Shown: positions 1 to 16,540 of the stretch, one piece after another
Numbering within the stretch: position 1 is the first letter of the stretch
Layout of the letters: every line of letters starts with the position of its first letter
Source: the human T2T-CHM13v2.0 reference genome, Homo sapiens
DNA length: 64,000 nucleotides
Assembly: GCF_009914755.1 (NCBI RefSeq)
Contig: NC_060937.1
Direction: 5' to 3' (one strand)
Made by a program: the position numbers and the translations under genes
The notes under the pieces: generated by a model
The model's input: only the letters and a program-made list of their open reading frames with translations
What the model was told of the DNA's origin: nothing
Databases searched by the model: none

Positions 1-492
1 AGCCAAAAGCCAGGCCTCTTGTGCCAAACGGCTAGCCAAGTTGTGAATGCAACTACTGAGAAAGGGTCTCACTGTCAGCCAGGCTGGAATATAAAGGTGC
101 AGTCATAGCTCATTGCAGCCTCAAACTCCTGGGCTCAAGGGATCCTCCTGCTCTGCCCTCCTGAAGTGCTGGGATTACAGTCGTGAGCCACCGTGTCTGG
201 ATGAAAAGTTCTTGAAAGAAATCCACAGTGATTCATAGATAGTGATTCCTCTAATGGATCTGAGCAAAGTAGATTAAAAACCTTCTAGAAAGGAGGTTTT
301 GATTCACTATTCAAGATACCATTAAGAACATTCATGATTTATGGAAGGAGGTCAAAAGATCAACATTAACAGGAGTTTGAAAGAAGAAATTCCAACCCTC
401 ATAGACGATTTTGAGGAATTCAAGACTTCAGTGGAGGAAGTCACCTCAGATGTAGTAGAAACTGCAAGAGAACTACAATTAGAAGTGGAGGG

Positions 493-839
<347 letters not shown>

Positions 840-981
840 TTAATGGATGAGAAGTGGCTTCTTATGGATGAGGAAAGAAAGTGCTTTTTTGAGAAGGAAT
901 CTACTCCTGGTGAAGATGCTGTGAACACTGTTGAAATGACAACAAAGGATTTATAATATTATATAAACTTAGTTGATAAAG

Positions 982-1520
982 TAGCCTCGACTTCCTGGGC
1001 TCAAGGAATCCTCCTGCCTCAGCCTCCCATGCTTCTAGGACCACAGGCATTCCACCACGCCTGGCTAATTTTATTTTTTTTGTAGAGACGGGGGTCTCAC
1101 TTTGTTGCCCAGGCAGGTCTCAAACTCCTGGGCTCAAGCAATCCTCTTGCCTCTGCCTCTCAAAGTGCTAAGATTAGGCTGGGTGCAGTGGCTCACGCTT
1201 GTAATCTCAGCACTTTTCGGAGGCCAAGGAGGATGGATCACTTGAGGTCAGGAGTTCGAGATAAGCCTGGCCAACATGGTGAAACCTTGTCTCTACTAAA
1301 AATACAAAAATTAGCCAGGCATGGTGGCGGGCACCTGTAGTACCAGCTGCTCGGGAGGCTGAGGCAGGAGAATCACCTCAACCTGGGAGGTGGAGGTTGC
1401 AATGAGCCAAGATCACGCCATTGCACTCCAGCCTGAGCAACAGAGACTCTGTCTCAACAAATTAAAAAAATAAATAAATAAAGTGCCCAGATTATAGGTG
1501 TGAGCTACCCTGCTCAGCCT
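982..1520. mobile_element. Minus-strand old Alu interrupted by a plus-strand AluS (about 1178-1480)
   Basis: Host Alu breaks at aaagtgctaagatta and resumes at aaagtgcccagatta. Confidence 0.8.
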
Positions 1521-2219
1521 AAAGTATTTTTTAATCAAGGTATGTAAGTTGTTTTTTAAGACATAATGGTATTGCACACTTACTAGACTATGGTATAATG
1601 TAAAAATAACTTTTTTGCCCCATAGGATCTGCAGGAAAACATACTTTTACATGCAACGGAAAACCAAAAAAAAAATAATTGTGTGACTTGCTTTACTGCA
1701 GTGGTCTGTAACTGAACCCACAAGAGCTCCAAGGTATCCCCAGATCTAGAATCCAACTACTTCTCACCATCCCTTGGGCTTCACCCTGGTCCAAGTCTCC
1801 AATATCTCTTGTTTAGAAAAGTAACTACAATAGCTTCCTAACCGGTTTCCCTTTCAGTCAGTTCTCACCAACAGACACATTAATCCTCTTAAAACGTAAA
1901 TCAGGTCATGTCAATCCGCTGTACTACCCACCTCACAACAGTAAAAGTCAAAGTCCCACGATCTACAAAGACATACCAGGTCTTACCCTCCTCCCCCATC
2001 TTCTACAATTATACTCCAGACTCAGTCCTCTGTAGCCACACTGGTTCCCATTCTGATGTATAGCTTCTAAGCCTCAAGACCTTTGCACTTGCAGTTCCTT
2101 CTGCCCGTACCCCTATTCTCCCAGTTGTATGCATGGCTGTGATCTCTCACCTCCCTAAAGTCTTCGCTCATATGTCACCTTCCTTATGACTAACAATGAC
2201 ATTTAAAACTGCACTACCT

Positions 2220-2558
2220 GGCCCGGCGTGGTGGCTCATGCCTGTAATCCCAACACTTTGGGAGGCTGAGGCGGGCGGATGCCTGAGCTCAGGAGTTAGA
2301 GACAGGCCTGTCCAACACGGGGCAACCCCCTTTCTACTAAGAATATAAAAAATTAGCCGGGTGTGGTGGCGTGGGCCTGTAGTCCCAGCTACTCAGGAGT
2401 TTGAGGCATGAGAATTGCTTGAACTCGGGAGGCAGAGGTTGCAGTGAGCCTCTCTGCAGAGACTGCATAGGCTGGAGTGAAGTAGATCGCGCTACTCTTC
2501 ACTCCAGCCTGGGCGACAGAGCGACACTCTGTCTCCAAAAAAAAAGAAAAAAAGAAAA
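2220..2558 (+). mobile_element. Alu with an internal fold-back insertion
   Basis: Alu dimer with about 33 extra nt at 2451-2483. Confidence 0.85.
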
Positions 2559-3106
2559 TCCTGCACTACTTACCATTCTTCTTTGTTTTATCTCTCTCCA
2601 TGCCACTCAACCTTCTAATGCACAATATTTTATTTTGCTTATTGTCTGTCTTCCTACACAAGAGAGATAATATTAAGCTCCATAATATTTTTTGTATGTT
2701 CTGCTCACTGCTATATACCCAGATTCTGGTACATAGTCGGAATTCAATAAATAACTGCTAAATGGAATTAACAGTCAACAGGAAAACATTCTAGTCAGAC
2801 ATATTTTGAGAACAAAGGATTTACAATATTATATAAACTTAGTTGATAAAGCAGCCTCGACTTCCTGGGTTCAAGGAATCCTCCTGCCTCAGCCTCCCAT
2901 GCATCTGCGACCACAGGCATGCCACCATGCCTGGCTAATTTTATTTTTTTTGTAGAGACGGGGGTCTCACTTTGCTTTGAGATGCTAATGACCAGACTCC
3001 AAGAGTGCAGAGGCAAGGCAGAGTAGAGAGAGGAAGCAGAGAAAGGGGAGAGGAAAGAACGGGGGAAAAAGGTAAAGGGGTCGACTCACGTGGAAAAATA
3101 GCCTAC

Positions 3107-3518
3107 CTGCAGGGTTGAAGGACTTCTGATGCCGAGGAAACCTATCAGAAGACTGTCTCCAATACCACGATGTGGAAGCATGGAAATTCCAAGGCTGGCC
3201 GCTGGGTTGAGGCTGAGAATCAAGGGGAGACTGGGCGTCGAAGGGGGGTTGCGCCCCGGGAAGAATCTGGGCGTCGAAGGGGGGCGGAGCCCCGGGGAGA
3301 GACTGGGCCTCCATGGGGGGCTGCGACTCAGAGGAAGGCTTTGACCCGGCTGCGGGAAGCGAGGACGTAAGTGGTGGTGGCGGTGGCGGCAGCATTGCCC
3401 AGAACATCCACCTGTCCCGCGGCGGGGCAGTGTCGCTCAGGGGCCCTAACGTGGGAGTCAGCTCGGGAGACGCATGCCACCCGATAGGAGTCTCGAAATC
3501 ACTAGTCGGCTCAGCCAT
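3107..3518 (-). CDS. NUFIP1: NUFIP1 coding exon 1 (Pro-rich N-terminus, 137 codons + 1 nt); gene continues off the left end of the window
   Basis: ATG at 3518 (cat 3516-3518) gives MAEPTSDFETPIGWHASPELTPTLGPLSDTAPP...HQKSFNPA, recognised as the NUFIP1 N-terminus; donor GCAG|gtaggc at 3107/3106; lies in the CpG island. Confidence 0.95.
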
Positions 3519-4040
3519 ACCACTGGCGGGTCCGGAGTCTAGCACGCGACTGTGGAGCAAGCATTAGGCGTCACTTCCTTTACCGTGAACTACAAGGCTC
3601 AGCCAACCACAGGCTTTACGTCATTTCTCGGCGCCGGGAAACCTGCCATTCTTCGCTGCTGATCGCTGGATTCTTTTTGGATAGGGTTGACGTTCGTGGA
3701 TAGACTCATATCTGTGACCAGTGTCCGCCACCGCGGATGGCAAGAGACCTGATCGGACCGGCCCTGCCGCCCGGCTTCAAGGCCCGCGGAACAGCGGAGG
3801 ACGAAGAGCGGGACCCGAGCCCTGGTAAGCGGCGGCGTCTCCGCTGCCCACCAGGCCCATCTACCCACTCCCTGGCCGGGCCCTGCTCGCTGAAGAAAGT
3901 CGGAGGCCTAGGAGGGCGGAGGAGTGGGGAGTGGGCGCGGCCTGACCCGAGAGAACTTTTCTCTTCCCAAACAGTAGCAGGGGGGAGGAGGCTGGGGGAC
4001 CCTCCTAGAAACGAGCTTTGGCGTGGTTTGGCTTCGTGAT
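3200..4040. promoter_or_regulatory. CpG island / bidirectional promoter of NUFIP1 and GPALPP1
   Basis: High GC and CpG density against an AT-rich background; divergent ATGs at 3518 and 3737; CGTCACTTCC (3569-3578), ACTACAA (3589-3595), TTACGTCA (3616-3623). Confidence 0.9.
3737..3824 (+). CDS. GPALPP1: GPALPP1 coding exon 1 (MARDLIGPALPPGFKARGTAEDEERDPSP)
   Basis: ATG 3737, first GPALPP motif, donor CCTG|gtaagc; 88 nt. Confidence 0.96.
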
Positions 4041-4888
4041 GATAATACATTCTCATTTAGCCTTAATATGAGCTGCACGCTGCCCTAACTGACTGATACC
4101 CACTCAGTCATTTAAGCCGTATAAGAAAAAAACTATTTTCCCATGTTGCAAATGGGTACGCCCAAGCCCATGCCAGTGTCTAGATCATACTGCTAGCAAG
4201 TGATGGAGCGCGACTTAGAAGGAAGCGGTTCTCTTAACCTCTGTGCCATATTGCCTTCTGATTACAAGAACCTTGCAGATCCTGTTCTCTCCAGCCCCCG
4301 ACCTGCCTTCCTAGCCTCTCATTCTGTTATTGCATCTGACAAACACAGCCCAATACTCAATCCAGTCTGAGTTGCTGCGCAATTCCTTAACGCTCTAGGC
4401 TTCTGGGCTTCCTCTGGTTGCATTCCTAAACATAACTGACAAACTTCTCCCCATCCTTCAAGGCCCAACTTAAATGTCACACCAATAAAACCTTTCCAGA
4501 TTCCCCGAAGCATTGTCATGCCTTTCTTTTTGCCCTCGGGTTTTTTCCTAATTACATTGCATATTTAGTACACTGTATTTGAATAATTTGTCGACATAAT
4601 CTGTCTCCACCATTGCACTATGGTCTTCTACCTGAACACGCAACAGGCACTTGGTATATACGAAACGAATGCTTCTCGGATTCCGGCATGCATACCTATC
4701 TGCTTTAATGTTTATTCACATTTGTAGACTAGCACCGACACCCAGTTGGAGAAGAGTAAAGCTGAAAGAGTAACCCTGCCATTTCTGAATCTAATTTTTC
4801 TTCCTGGTCTACCCGGAGGCTATGTTTCTACTACAGGCCCCTTTCCAATATAATTTCTGTCATAACCACTTTAAAAATTATGCCTTCC

Positions 4889-5190
4889 AGCTGAGCGAGG
4901 TGGCACAAGCCTGTAATCTCAGCACTTTGAGAGGCTGAGACGGGGCGGATCACTTGAACTCAGGAGTTCGAGACCAGCCTGGCCAACATGTTGAAACCCC
5001 ATCTCTACTAAAAATACAAAAATTAGCCGGGCGTGGTGGCGGGCGCCTGTAATCCCAGCTGCTCTGGAGGCTGAGGCAGGAGAATCGCTTGAACCCAGGA
5101 GGCGGAGGTTGCAGTGAGCCGAGAGTGCCACTGCGCTCCAGCCTGGGCGACGGAACGAGAGTTTGTCTCAATAAATAAATAAATAAAAGT
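4889..5190 (+). mobile_element. AluS
   Basis: Full dimer with (AATA)n tail; flanking aaaaattatgc repeat. Confidence 0.9.
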
Positions 5191-5248
5191 AAATGTGAAA
5201 AATTATGCTTTCCTTCCTGTAGGAGATAGCTTTAAAAAAATAAAATAA

Positions 5249-5596
<348 letters not shown>

Positions 5597-5759
5597 TTAC
5601 ACGTAGTGTGTCATTTTAAACACATAATCTCCCCTGCTATAATTCCATTCCCTTCATAACCGCCTAGATGGCTGAACCTAAAACGGTTGCCAAAAAATCT
5701 TCATATATCATTTTTATTTCATCTATCTGGATTTTTAAGAAGTTTGCCAGTACCAATGG

Positions 5760-8010
<2,251 letters not shown>

Positions 8011-8035
8011 TGTGCATCTAGGTTTAAGAAACTTG

Positions 8036-8580
<545 letters not shown>

Positions 8581-8910
8581 TTACCTGGTCTTCTCTGTTC
8601 CTGCTGCCTACCATGTCCCATCCTACCTTGAAGTCTTCATACATGTTGTTCCCTCAGTTTGAGTGCTTCCTCCCATCCCTTAGTTTCGTTCGTTTTGCTA
8701 GTTTTCAGAGCTCAGTACAAAACTTCATCTTGGGATTCAGGTGTTATGGGCCTCCTCATGTGATAAACATAAAGTCACACAGTTTTCCAAAATACATGGT
8801 TTTCATAATAAAAGTATTCTTGAAATTATTTATTCGTGGTTTTTTGTTGTTGTTGTTGATTTAGGGTCATTGTTCAGAATATCACATTATATATATCGTT
8901 AGATAATTAG

Positions 8911-9229
<319 letters not shown>

Positions 9230-9248
9230 GACACAAGCCCCTATCTTT

Positions 9249-9250
<2 letters not shown>

Positions 9251-9294
<44 letters not shown>
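9251..9294. repeat. (CA)n microsatellite
   Basis: About 22 uninterrupted AC units. Confidence 0.97.
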
Positions 9295-9296
<2 letters not shown>

Positions 9297-9799
9297 CTTC
9301 TCTTCTTTTGGTTTCTATGATACCATACTCCCCTCATTTTTGTCTCCTCTTTGGGCAGCTCCTCTTCATCTCGAATAGTTTATCTTCAATTAAACCTTCA
9401 GGTGTTAAAGATTCTGAAAGCTGACTCCTAAGCCCTCTTTTTTTTTAATACTCTATTCTCTCTTTTAAGTGATGATATTCCCACCCATGGGGTGAAGGTT
9501 TTTATATAAGAACTTAGATGCTTATCTAACATCTTTGTTTAATGATTCCCAGTGAGAGTTCCTATCAGAATCTTTAAAAAAGGAGATGAACTTCTAAAAA
9601 AAATCTTTCAATGTTCTAGCCAGTCTCTTCTTTCCTCCCCTGACAGGATTTTAAAGTATTCCAAGTTCAGGAGCAAAGACTAAATTACCCCCTAAGTCCC
9701 TGGGACTGTCCCAGTTTTAGCACTAAAAATCCCACATCCCAAGAAGCCCTTCAATCCCAAGCAAACCAGCACAATTGGTCACCCTATTTCTGTCTTCTG

Positions 9800-9975
9800 T
9801 AGCAGTGCACCTTAAACTTGAACATGCACATGGATTACCCAGAGATCTTGTTAAGATGCCAACTCTGATTCAGGTGATCTGGGTGAGGCCTGAGATTCTG
9901 CATTTCTGACAAGCTCCCAGCTGCTGCTGCTGCTGCTGGTCCTGCTGGTGCCAAGACCACAGTGTTTGTGGTGAG
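9800..9975. mobile_element. MER5-like hAT MITE with an internal short (CTG)n
   Basis: ctgattcag...gtgaggcctgagattctgcatttctgacaagctcccag...gctgctggtcc pattern. Confidence 0.7.
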
Positions 9976-10166
9976 GGATGGGAGCACACGTGGCTTTCTC
10001 TATCTGTAGTTATTGTGCTGGATTGTTTGCTGGTTTGCCCCACTAAACCATGAGGAAAGGAACCACGTCCTAAGCCTCTGTAATCCCCAATACTAGCAGG
10101 GTACCCAGCACAAAGTGGGTACTCAGTAGATTCCTTTTGGCGGAGTAGAGGACAGTAAAAATTCCT

Positions 10167-11270
<1,104 letters not shown>

Positions 11271-12899
11271 AAGTGAAGATTCCTGAATCCAGTCTGTTAT
11301 CTGTCCTGTGTTCCTCACACTCTGCTGTCCCAGAAGGAGATCTGACAAGCATGACCAGAGTAAAGAGGAGTGAGGGAGCACACAGGTCTGAGATGGAACA
11401 AGTTAACTTCATTTGAATACTCTGAAAATTGACTGCTGGAAAATGTCCCCCAACGTCATGTCATTAGAAACCCTGGGGTGCAAATATTTTCTCAAGAGCG
11501 ATCCACAGACTCCATATGCTGTTCTATGGAAGCTGAGTGGAGCCTTGGCCATTTTGACTCTAACTCCAGTCTCCTATCTGCAGTGACCTTCACCTCCACT
11601 AATTTCACCTACATTTTAAGCTGGAGTAGTGAGTCTACCCTACTCCAGCTCCAAAAACTCAAATTCAAATCTCATTCTCAGCAAGAACCCCTTATTCATT
11701 CATTGTTCTCACTCAAGTTACTCCCATTTCATTTGCTTTTTATTTTTGTTTTTTAACCTCATTGAGCCTTCCATCCCTAAGTACTTCTATCCCTAAGTAC
11801 TTCCATCTGAGAGGAGTGCTTACATCCCTACTCCTGTTAGACTCCATGGTCCACCCATTCATCCACTCTCTTGCTGGTGCTCTCAACTGCTTTATCCCAT
11901 TGGGTATTCTGCCAAACCCATCTAACAAAAGCCCAGCCCTGGATCAGTCCAAGTGTTTACCCCTTGTGAGCCTACAGCCAGGCTTCCTAATGCTGCTAGA
12001 AGAAACCTCACGCCTCCACAAGCTAATGCTGCTAAAAGATGGCCTGTTCCCTAACTGGGTCCATAGGTCTGTCCAGTAATCCTCACAGGCTTCACCTCCT
12101 TTCTCTTCCCCAATCTGCAACCTTGGCTTTTTAAAACTTTCCCTTTCTTTCTAAAACTTTTATTTTTCCGTCTACTTCATTGAACAAGTAGATGCCATCA
12201 TAAGAGAACTTCCTCAATTTTCTGTTACTGTATCTAAAAACTATCCTAAATCCACGCCAAGCTTTTTGTCTGCCCTTTGGTAACAATAGAAGAGGTATAC
12301 TGCTTCCTTCTAAAGCTAATCCTTCCATTTTTACTCTGACTCCCTTCCCTGTCCTTAGGGCTGCCTGCCCTTAGCATTTAACCAAAACATTCAAATCTTT
12401 CCCATCTTTGAAGAAAACTCTACTTCATATCCCCCTCTAGCTGCATCTTTTTCTTTCTCACTGTCTCTGGGTCTTCTATTTTCTCCTTAACCCATTGCAT
12501 TTCTGCCCTCACCAGTCCACTGAGACCCTCACCAATTCAAGGCTTCCTTTTCAGTCCTAGTCTTCCTTGATCTCACAGCAACATTTGGCCCCTCTCTATC
12601 CTCTCTTGGTTCCAACCATCCTGAACACCTTTCAGTTTTCTAAATGTGATGACTCTTTTGCTTTCAGGCTTTTGCAGATGCTTTTCTTTCTGCCTGGACT
12701 ACTCTTCGTCCAGTCCCCACCTTCTTTGCCCAGCTAACTCAGGTCCCACCCCTACATCACTGCTTCTAGGAAACATTCTTTGATGTTAACTACCTACTGC
12801 CTGTAAAAGATGGGTTGGGTGCCCCTTCTTTATATTTGCATGATTTAACCATGTCATGGGGTCAGCAAACTTTTCTTGTAAAGGACCAGATAGTAAATA

Positions 12900-13070
12900 C
12901 AGTTGACCCTGTAGATCTGCAGGTTCTGAGTCTTCAGGTTCAACCAACTCTAGATTGAAAGTACAATATTCAAGGGAAGTGGAACCAAGGCCATAGCCAC
13001 AGATTTTGGTAGCTGCAAACAGGGGAGTTGGTCCTGGAACCAATCTCCCGAGAATACCGAGGGACAACTG
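12900..13070. mobile_element. Tigger-family MITE with TIRs and TA target duplication, nested in a MER58-like element
   Basis: TA|CAGTTGACCCT ... AGGGACAACTG|TA; host begins ggggtcagcaaacttttcttgtaaagg at about 12857. Confidence 0.8.
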
Positions 13071-13597
13071 TACTTTTGACTGTAGGTCAGTAGGCAAAAT
13101 CAAGATTATTGTAAAAGTATGTGTACAACAAGAAGGAAGCAAACTTCACAAAATTTTATTGTTGCAATCTAAAACATAATACCATATAATTTTTTTGTAA
13201 TACAGGTCTACTAATGAGAAGAACAGAATTGGTTTTGGGGGAGTAACATTTCATTTCATCGGAGTTCAAGTTAGCATTCCTAGTCATCAGAATCAGTTGT
13301 GGATGTTCATCTGTTAATGCTGATCTGTAATGAGATTTTTATGTATTATACTGAGTTCATTTTTTTATATGCATATCACAATTCTGTGTGATATGAAAGG
13401 GAAATAAGTGAAATATAAGGAACGCGTAACTCCTGTTCTCATGGAATTTATAATCTATTTGGAAAATTATCATTGCAATAGGAGAGCCTCCTTAATGACG
13501 ACAAGCATCACTGCTTTAGGAGAGATATGGAATAGTTCATTACATGTTCCCAAAATAATTTTTTGAGATTATTCATAGTTCAGAAGGATATCTATAA

Positions 13598-13970
<373 letters not shown>

Positions 13971-14216
13971 CTTTTTTCTTTTTTATATCGCCATCTCAGT
14001 ATTCTATCATTTCATGATGAAATAGTTGTTTATTTTGAACAACTCAAATAGAAATTAATGGTACTATGTGCTGAATGTTACTTTTTTATACTATTTTTCC
14101 GTGATTATTTTTAAAAGGCCAGGTTTTCTTAGATGAGTTTTATCTTCATCTGCTTATTATCTTTTTAAAAAATGTATATCTCGTTTGTTTCTTTAAAAAT
14201 CCATGGCAATTTTTTA

Positions 14217-14520
<304 letters not shown>

Positions 14521-15110
14521 TGAGTGAATGAATACATAAATAAAAGGTATGTGTGTACGTTATAATACCAAGAACAGCACATATTTAGACCATATTACAC
14601 ATCTAATTGCTTAAAATATATAAAAGAATAATAAAATTTTTTCTTGATACAAACCTATCCAAAATTGGCCAATAGTATACAATTGATAAATTACATGGAT
14701 AGCAGTCACATATAAGAAGAGAAAGAAGCAGAAGAGGAAAAAACATATCTTCCCTCTTTAATGTACTTAGAATCAAGAAGATGAAAAGAGCCAATCACTC
14801 CTGTGGGGTCACACATGAGGTTAGAGGTCACATATAGTCTCTAAATTATAAATAAATTGGGGAACACTTACATACTAAGACATTAAGTCTTCTTTAGTAA
14901 ACCCTAAACAGCAGTTGGAGATAGGAATCCCATCCATGATGCTTGATGTTTTCCTTTTTGCTGTAACGCAGCATGCCTTAGAGTTATTCTTTTCTAAGGC
15001 ATGTTATTACCTGTTCTATAGTAATGCACCAAGAGAGATAGGAAAAATTTTTTTGAAATAGGCCAATGATTCCAAAACTAGCCTTAGTTTCTCCCCTGAG
15101 CTTTACACTG

Positions 15111-15479
15111 TAATAATGTTTGGCTATGTCCCCACCCAAATCTCATCTTGAATTATAGTTTCCATAATCCCTACATGTTGTGGGAGGGACCTGGTGGGAG
15201 GTAACTGAATCATGGTGGTGGTTACCCTCATGCTGTTCTCGTGATAGTGAGTTCTCATGAGATCTGATAGTTTTATAAGGGGCTTCTCCCCCTTTCTCTC
15301 TGCACTTCTCCTTCCTCCTGCCATGTGAAGAAGGATGTGTTTGCTTCCCCTTCCACCATAATTGTACGTTTCCTGAGGCCTCCACAACCATGCTGAACTG
15401 TGGCTCAATTAAACCTCTTTCCTTTATAAATTACTCAGTCTCAGGTATTTCTTCATAGCAGCATGAGAACGGACTTACA
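15111..15479 (+). mobile_element. THE1-type MaLR solo LTR (THE1C-like)
   Basis: tttggctatgtccccacccaaatctcatcttgaatt...caattaaacctctttcctttataaattac...ttaca. Confidence 0.88.
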
Positions 15480-15769
15480 CACCCTATACACCCTAGTATG
15501 CCCAAGTACCACTGATAGCACCACCTAAATTTTTAAGGCTGTATGAAACTTAAAATGTGAAAAACAAACTCTCAACTCTCCCCTCCCAGCCTATTTTCTT
15601 CCCAGCCTTCTCCATATTAGAGAATACCATTGCCCTTCACCTGCCTAGCTAGTCAGGCACAAAACCTAAGACCTATCCTTGGTTCCTTTTTTTTTTCTTC
15701 TCACCTCTAACATCCAAACCATTAGCAGTCCTCTTTGCCCTTACATCAGAGTATGTTGCAAATCAAACC

Positions 15770-16115
<346 letters not shown>

Positions 16116-16241
16116 TGATCTCTCTTGTCTATTGTCCACAAGCTGACAGTTTTTTGTTTGTTTGTTTGGTAATTCATATCATGTCTGTCCTGACCCACAA
16201 CCTCCCAATGACTGCCTGTTGTAATTAAAATCCAAACTCCT

Positions 16242-16540
16242 GCTGGATGTGGTGGTGCATGCCTGTAGTCCCAGGTACTCAGGAAGCTGAGGCAAGAGGA
16301 TCGCTTGAGTCCAGGAGTTCTGGGCTGTAGTGCGCTATGCATTCTGGTATCCACACTAAGTTCAACATCAGTATGGTGACCTCCGGGAGTGAAGGACCAC
16401 CAGATTGCCCTAAGGAGGGGTGAACCAGCCCAGGTCGGAAACAAAGCATGTGAAAACTCTGGTGCTGATCAGCAGTGGGATCGCACCTGTGAAAAGCCAC
16501 TGCACTTCAACCTGGACAACACAGTGAGATCTCGCCTCTT
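16242..16540 (+). pseudogene. Full-length 7SL (SRP RNA) retrocopy, RN7SL-type pseudogene
   Basis: Alu-domain ends plus the S domain absent from Alus (ttctgggctgtagtgcgctatgc...taaggaggggtgaaccagcccaggtcggaaac); purine-rich tail; TSD tccaaactcct at 16231-16241 and 16578-16588. Confidence 0.9.

Noticed and set aside
2985-3106. C-terminal part of ORF 2985-3560 (GRLFFHVSRP...)
   Set aside because: Read-through into intron 1 past the GCAG|gtaggc donor
3519-3560. 14-aa N-terminal extension of NUFIP1 in the ORF track (MLHSRVLDSGPASG)
   Set aside because: It starts at TTG, not ATG; the recognised protein begins MAEPT at 3518
3129-4056. Several overlapping ORFs on both strands in the CpG island
   Set aside because: Expected from high GC content and few stop codons; no recognisable products beyond the two real exons
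9918-9945. (CTG)n as an expansion-prone locus
   Set aside because: Only about 6 pure units, intronic, within a MER5-like element
11768-11807. 16-bp tandem duplication (similar small ones near 33610, 46380, 59184 and 62149)
   Set aside because: Ordinary slippage-scale duplications, common in any primate window
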